Below are positions 59,401 to 64,000 of a DNA stretch of 64,000 bases, in pieces. The DNA lies in NCBI GenBank assembly GCA_002633005.1, contig NMRA01000220.1:449337-513336 (forward strand). The letters run 5' to 3'. Made by a program: the position numbers and the translations under genes. Every line of letters starts with the position of its first letter. Position 1 is the first letter of the stretch. The stretch is from Phoronis australis (lineage: Eukaryota; Animalia; Phoronida). The notes under the pieces are model-generated. The model did not search any database and was not told the DNA's origin. It saw nothing but the letters and a program-made list of their open reading frames with translations.

Positions 59401-60633
59401 TATAGTACTTCAAGCTAAAAGACTTGCTATACAATGTACAGAAGAAATCGTTCAACAGAGCCATCTCATGGAAGATTCTAAGGAGGATCTTGGCAAGGGC
59501 ATGGGTTAACAAACAGGAAGTTAACTAAGACCTTGTCACTTGCATCGTGGGTAGTAAGATACTGCCTGAAGTGTTGTGTCACCAGAGACTGATCAGCAAG
59601 AAAAATCGTGGGTAAAAGAAATTGCCTGCAAGTGTTGTGTCACCAGATGCTGTGACCAGCAAGTACAATGTCATAATACAGTGTGTGTAGTTCAAAGATT
59701 CACCAACAGGACTGTCATCCAACAAGTGGAGAGTCCTTCAGCTTGGATAGCAGATAAGACATTTGATTACTTTGGTTGATTGATTGAAGTAATCTTTAAA
59801 GAGGGCACTAGCATAGTTACTCTTCTTTGTAGATGATTACATTAATTAACAACAGGTTTTACTTGAATGTCTAATTAGTGGTTATCATGTAATAAATTAA
59901 TTACTGTATTTAATAATTCACTCTCCATCTACACACAATCTCAAAGCATGGCTACCTTTTGTTGTAATCGACAATATCATTCATCTTTGATCTTTCCGTG
60001 GTGTCTTATGATTTGTCAGTTTCATGGTTCCCCGGATGTTTCTTTTATTTATACTGCTGGCGAGAGGCTGCTGGCAGTCTTTCAGCAGGCAATCAGGCCG
60101 TCAGGGACAAGCACCTCGAATGAGTTTTATTGAAGGTTGAGTAGCTGTGTTTTAACTGGTGAGAACTTCTAGAGGCCTAGCTAGTGAACCTGCAGGCTGC
60201 AGTAATACAACACTTTTAAACAAATCGTCAATCTCTGACAGCATGTGTGCGGAAAATGTTGACATTTTTGCATATACTGCTAACGTCTTTCATTCAATGA
60301 CTTTTTTGTTTTGGTTGCTTCATTCAGGCCTTGCAACTATCACAGGTACCTTTTGAAGAATGTCTGTAAATGCGGGTTACGTGTCTAGGCTACCGTACTT
60401 CACGTACTTTTTGCGCCACCACCAGGCACCGGCAAATGCAAAGTGGAGAAACCTAAGAAAACCTAGAACTTTTTCGGTTTCTCATGAGAAAACGAAAACA
60501 AACCTCTTTTCCACGACGTTACTGGAGTTACTACTTCATTTCTTTCAGATAACCACTCAGACAACGGAGTGTCCGACAGCAGAACTCGCAAAATGAAGCC
60601 GAAAAACAAAGCCAAACACAGGGAAGGCGACAT
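44402..60633 (-). CDS. PIGU: GPI transamidase component PIG-U, 12 exons, 439 aa
   Basis: Exons: 60633-60504 (MSPSLCL...[14 protein letters not shown]), 57758-57694 (VEGLSLL...[10 protein letters not shown]), 57345-57274 (TPLLL), 54899-54837, 53778-53672, 51903-51803 (YLFNPYT), 51324-51227 (YQSLYP), 50646-50486, 49142-48999 ([21 protein letters not shown]), 48413-48289 (FKSYPS), 45700-45558 ([18 protein letters not shown]), 44512-44402 (TGA). All junctions are GT-AG and phase-consistent; the total is 1320 nt. These motifs are diagnostic of PIG-U/Gab1. Confidence 0.95.
45858..46225. mobile_element. Degenerate Penelope-like retroelement relic (inverted pLTR-like repeat, GIY-YIG-like C-terminus, decayed hammerhead-like core)
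   Basis: Inverted ~70-bp homology between 45858-45926 and 46153-46225. Minus-strand peptide [11 protein letters not shown]...[11 protein letters not shown] (46018-45926). CTGATGA-tGTCT-loop-AGAC-AAAA at 46125-46151. Confidence 0.45.
46387..48133. repeat. ~0.87 kb near-identical duplication joined by a single N (likely uncollapsed haplotypes)
   Basis: 46387-47257 versus 47259-48133, N at 47258. Confidence 0.9.
48481..48602. repeat. 122-bp fold-back element (54-bp stem) with inverted tRNA B-box-like motifs
   Basis: 29-bp perfect arms (TGAACAATAGTCTGAAAAGATTTCTGCCC) plus 25 further paired positions and a 14-nt loop. GACTCGAACC and GAGTTTGAGTC are B-box-like. Confidence 0.85.
54172..54269. repeat. 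44-bp tandem duplication (2.2 copies)
   Basis: CATCACAGTTGGTGAATAAAGGCCAAGCCAT.. at 54172 and 54216, with a partial copy at 54260. Confidence 0.9.
56138..57184. mobile_element. hAT-family MITE, 1047 bp, in PIGU intron 3
   Basis: Imperfect TIRs CAGGCCTTCATGCAG / CTGGATAAAGCCCTG. Perfect 8-bp TSD CTTTAAGA at 56130-56137 and 57185-57192. Subterminal GGA(T/C)(G/A)CCC repeats. Confidence 0.8.
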
Positions 60634-60930
60634 TTTGATTATCTCCCTTTGAAATTACAAAGCGACATCTTTTGGTAAAGTCTTTTATAGAACATTACAG
60701 TTCACAATCTAATTTTTTGATACTGGTGAACTGTTTATTTCGCTCAGCCCAAATCAACGGATATTCAAATTGCACCCTTAAACCTCTAGTTGATGTTTGT
60801 CATATAAAAACAGTTTGTAACGATTTTGTTTCATATCATAGTCATCTATAGAAATGACGTCACGAGGGGATTCCGCTCGTGACTCATCACCGTGACGGTT
60901 GCCAAACAACAGGCTACATTTCCGTGATCC
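60634..60930 (-). promoter_or_regulatory. Probable PIGU promoter with CRE palindrome
   Basis: Lies upstream of the PIGU ATG. Contains a perfect TGACGTCA at 60855-60862, an overlapping GTCACGAG...CTCGTGAC inverted pair, and TGACTCA. Confidence 0.45.
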
Positions 60931-61022
60931 TGTTTTACTTTGTCTTGATACCTAATTCTTTGAAGCACAGATAAGTATGCAATTTAAAGTAAAGTTGAGT
61001 GATTACTGGATCGCTAAGCGGT

Positions 61023-61352
61023 ACCGCGGTGGTGTGGTGGTGGGTGAGTCGGCCCTGAGGGTCACTCAGGCGTCCTCTGACTAAGCTTCTGATCGTCCCC
61101 CGGCCACTATACTGGCACTACATATAATACTACGTAGTGTTGGCCTATTGGGGACGATCAGAACAGAGCTGAGGACGCCTGTGGGTTTAATCGGGTTTTC
61201 ACAGGCACTAACACCGGGTTAACTCTAAGTCTAGCTTAGCCCCGTCCCAAAGTGACTGGGATCGGCAGCTCTTGCAGCGGAAACCGTCCTTAGTGAAGTG
61301 AAATAAGTACTAGCTTAGACTATTGAATGTCATGTAACTGTCATGTAATGTC
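61023..61352 (+). mobile_element. SINE-like / structured-RNA element with a tRNA-like head and long internal hairpin
   Basis: A-box-like TGGTGTGGTGG at ~61030, hairpin 61067-61181, B-box-like GGTTTAATC at ~61184, and a (TGTCATGTAA)n tail. Confidence 0.4.
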
Positions 61353-62070
61353 TTTATTCAGTGCATACCAGTAATTGACTCGGGCAGAGATAAGAGTCGC
61401 TGCCAAGGTCAGTGCCGGACGGTGTCCGGCCGCGACAATGGCCGAATTCAGTCGCCACTTGTAGAGGCTGCGCTGGTAATCAATATTATTATTGCCATAC
61501 TTCTGTTGGGCGGCAGCCTATGGATTTGGTGGACGAGTCTTGCCTCTGAGATCACCTGCCGATGATTGCTCCGAGTAGTTTGCTCCGATGCCGGTACTGG
61601 TGCAAGCGGCGAGCTCCCTATGCGATCGACCGACGCCGACGGATCCGGCGCGGGGCGTCACATGACGGCGTTTTTCCGTTCAGTTACTTTACCAGACGTA
61701 GAGGGCTCAGGGGTTGTGAGCGTGTGATAACATCTAGCTTCTTTGTTGGCTGCCAAGCTCAGTCGTGTGTCTGGTAGTGACAACAGACAGGCCAATTATC
61801 TACCAGAGGACCAAGTACGTAATTAAATGACACTCTCAGTCCGACACCGGCCAGCGCAAATTGTTACAATTGAAAAGAATAGATTGTCTGCAGTCGGGGG
61901 CTGATCCAGGATTTTGAGTTAGGGGGGAGGGGTCCAGGGCACAGGAATAAGCATTTTGGCAGATGCGCGCGCCCAGCCTAAAATCTGGTGATNGGGGGGG
62001 GGGGGGGGGGGCATGGCCCCCTTGGCCCCGGTTTATAGGTGTATGCTCAAATATGTTGTAACTTAACTTA

Positions 62071-62158
62071 TAGAATCGGACAAGTTGGGAGCAACGGGAA
62101 AACGAGTTCAGTAGTCCATGACGGCGACATCCCGTTACTCCCAACTTGTTCGATTCTA
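62071..62158. repeat. 88-bp fold-back mini-MITE
   Basis: 29-bp inverted arms (62071-62099 / 62130-62158) with 2 mismatches; TA at both termini. Confidence 0.7.
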
Positions 62159-62800
62159 GTAGCCCAACAACAAGTTGAGAAGTTTACTCCCATAGCCAAT
62201 ATCTTACACGACTGATTAACTCCATTCTGGCATTTATGGTTGGAGGGCCTGCGCTCTTTTATTCGATAATTGCTTTAATCTCCGATCACGTATCTCGCCT
62301 GACTGGGCTGGGCTGATAAAAATGAAAGTTAAGTTATAACATATTTGAGCTTAAACCAATAGCATTTCTGAATTACTCGTCAAATGCTGATCATGTTCTG
62401 TTTTTGAATCACCAAAATCGCCCAACTACAACAGAAGTTAAGACAATCTATTCTGTCCAAACGGATTACCAACGCACTGGGTTTGACTGTGTTCATACGC
62501 GTTCGGTAATAGTGTGCAACCACTATGCGTTTCCTTTGAAGCCTGGATGGGAAGGTCGTTTTTAGTGTCTGTAAATAGACGAAATCCGGGTTTGGTATCC
62601 TTTTAAGTAAGACTTTGTTTTGAAATTCGTAACTAATCACTGTATGGAAGTTGTAACCAAATTTTCCTAATTTATTCGCCTGAACGTGAACCCAGATTTA
62701 TTCCAGCGATTAGCCTGTTGCGGTTTAACTTGCACTCCAACAATCGCAGAACTCTATGTTTACGATTGAATTTAGGCTACATGTACGTGTACATTGAGTA

Positions 62801-63185
62801 CCTTAAAATGCATTTGCTCCTAACTATGCTAAAGTATATATAGGAACTAAACGACCATGCTATCTTAACATAATCTACGCTTAACAATTAGTGCAATTGT
62901 ATTCATTGACAAATAATTCTGCAAATCTGTGACCTTTGCACTTATGACGTACCTCGGGGGCTCACATGCATGATAGCCCGCATCATGCAGTGTTGGCCCA
63001 GGCACCACTTCACGATACCTACTGAACACGGCTCACTGATTTTGCAGTTGAACATTTTCGCCACAAAACTCGTTCTTAGTAAAAACATTTGACAATTTTC
63101 AACCTACTTCAGAGTCACTTTGTCGCTATGTCATGTCTCTAACTACCGGTAATTTGGCCAAGCAATCACAGACGTAAGGAGTGAG
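62801..63185 (+). repeat. Dispersed repeat, copy 2 (homologous to ~19211-19600)
   Basis: Same collinear blocks as copy 1, visibly diverged. Confidence 0.75.
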
Positions 63186-63289
63186 TGCACGTTCCAACTT
63201 TTTCTGTAATTTTTAGTAAAAATTCGGTTCGTTGATTATCCCAGACATGTGTTTCAGTTAATTACGGCTTCCCGTAATTTTACTGATTA

Positions 63290-64000
63290 GTCGTGCCCTT
63301 CTCCGGAAGTGACGTTTAGGGAGTTAAGAATTTCCCGCAATTTTGTTTCTGTGTTCGAGTTTATACTGTCAGTATCTGTTCCACTGTTGTTTTCGTGCCA
63401 GTTTCATAAAATTTTCGTCACCACTTCCCATTGACGAGTATTCTACGATAAGCTAGGTTGTTAGAGAACGCAATTACGTTGGATTTAGGGATCGTTTATT
63501 TTGTAACAGCCTGGAGGGCTGGAGTCGGCGACCCATATCACAGACACAGAGGTGTGAGTGATGGAGACGTTGTTCGAAGCAGTGGTGACGAAGAATGTTT
63601 TCGTGAACCGTCAGTGGGTGGATATTTGAGCCCTGGAAAAGCGAGGCAGAATACGCACAGACAGCTATGAGAGTTATGAGGCAGAGAATGAGGACAGACG
63701 TGGTGAGACGTCTTGGTGTTAATGCACGGTATGCACGGTTATGCCGAAGCAATCGAATGCCTCTGCTTTATCCACTGGATGGTGATCTGAGTACCCAAAC
63801 CGCATCCCGCCGTGTGACTTCCTCGCCACACACCTATCCTGGCACCCCTAAATACCTCCAATACATTAGTCAAGTCTACAAAATCTTATAAAAATTTGGC
63901 TCATCGGCCAGTTCATACGACGAACTGTCCTCCTCACTGGGTGTCGAACTTGGCCTGTATTCACTCACATTACTCAATCCCAATGCAGGGCTGGTTTACA
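63290..64000 (+). promoter_or_regulatory. Probable promoter / 5' UTR of an unidentified plus-strand gene running off the window
   Basis: ETS-type CCGGAAGTG near 63303 in CpG-rich sequence, a possible acceptor (ttttgtaacag) near 63509 and several short ORFs. No recognisable protein. Confidence 0.3.

Noticed and set aside
63561-63722. Possible selenoprotein: METLFEAVVTKNVFVNRQWVDI-TGA-ALEKRGRIRTDSYESYEAENEDRR
   Set aside because: No resemblance to a selenoprotein family I recognise, no redox-motif context and no SECIS visible.

Overview
This window is metazoan genomic DNA (AT-rich and intron-rich, probably a marine invertebrate; the species cannot be determined from the sequence). It is not prokaryotic, and most entries in the ORF track are spurious. 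I reconstructed three intact spliceosomal genes by hand, with GT-AG junctions and consistent phases. PRPF4B/PRP4 kinase is on the minus strand (14 coding exons, 953 aa). An ATG8-family GABARAPL2 is on the plus strand (4 exons, 120 aa) and lies head-to-head with PRPF4B, with only 319 bp between the ATGs. PIGU, a GPI transamidase subunit, is on the minus strand (12 exons, 439 aa). A probable further promoter/5' UTR starts near 63.3 kb. Non-coding DNA contains hAT- and Tc1-like non-autonomous transposons, Helentron-associated (HINE-like) elements, fold-back hairpins and minisatellites. Three near-identical duplications joined by a single N look like uncollapsed haplotypes, and one of them exposes a ~4.5 kb heterozygous indel. 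The most notable signals are: a HINE-like element with a ~146-bp-periodic, same-orientation array of CTCF-like motifs; two possible unproductive splice signals in PRPF4B; a 54-bp hairpin with strand-asymmetric mismatches near a PIGU acceptor; and a Penelope-like relic with a decayed hammerhead-like core. All of these need computational or experimental confirmation.
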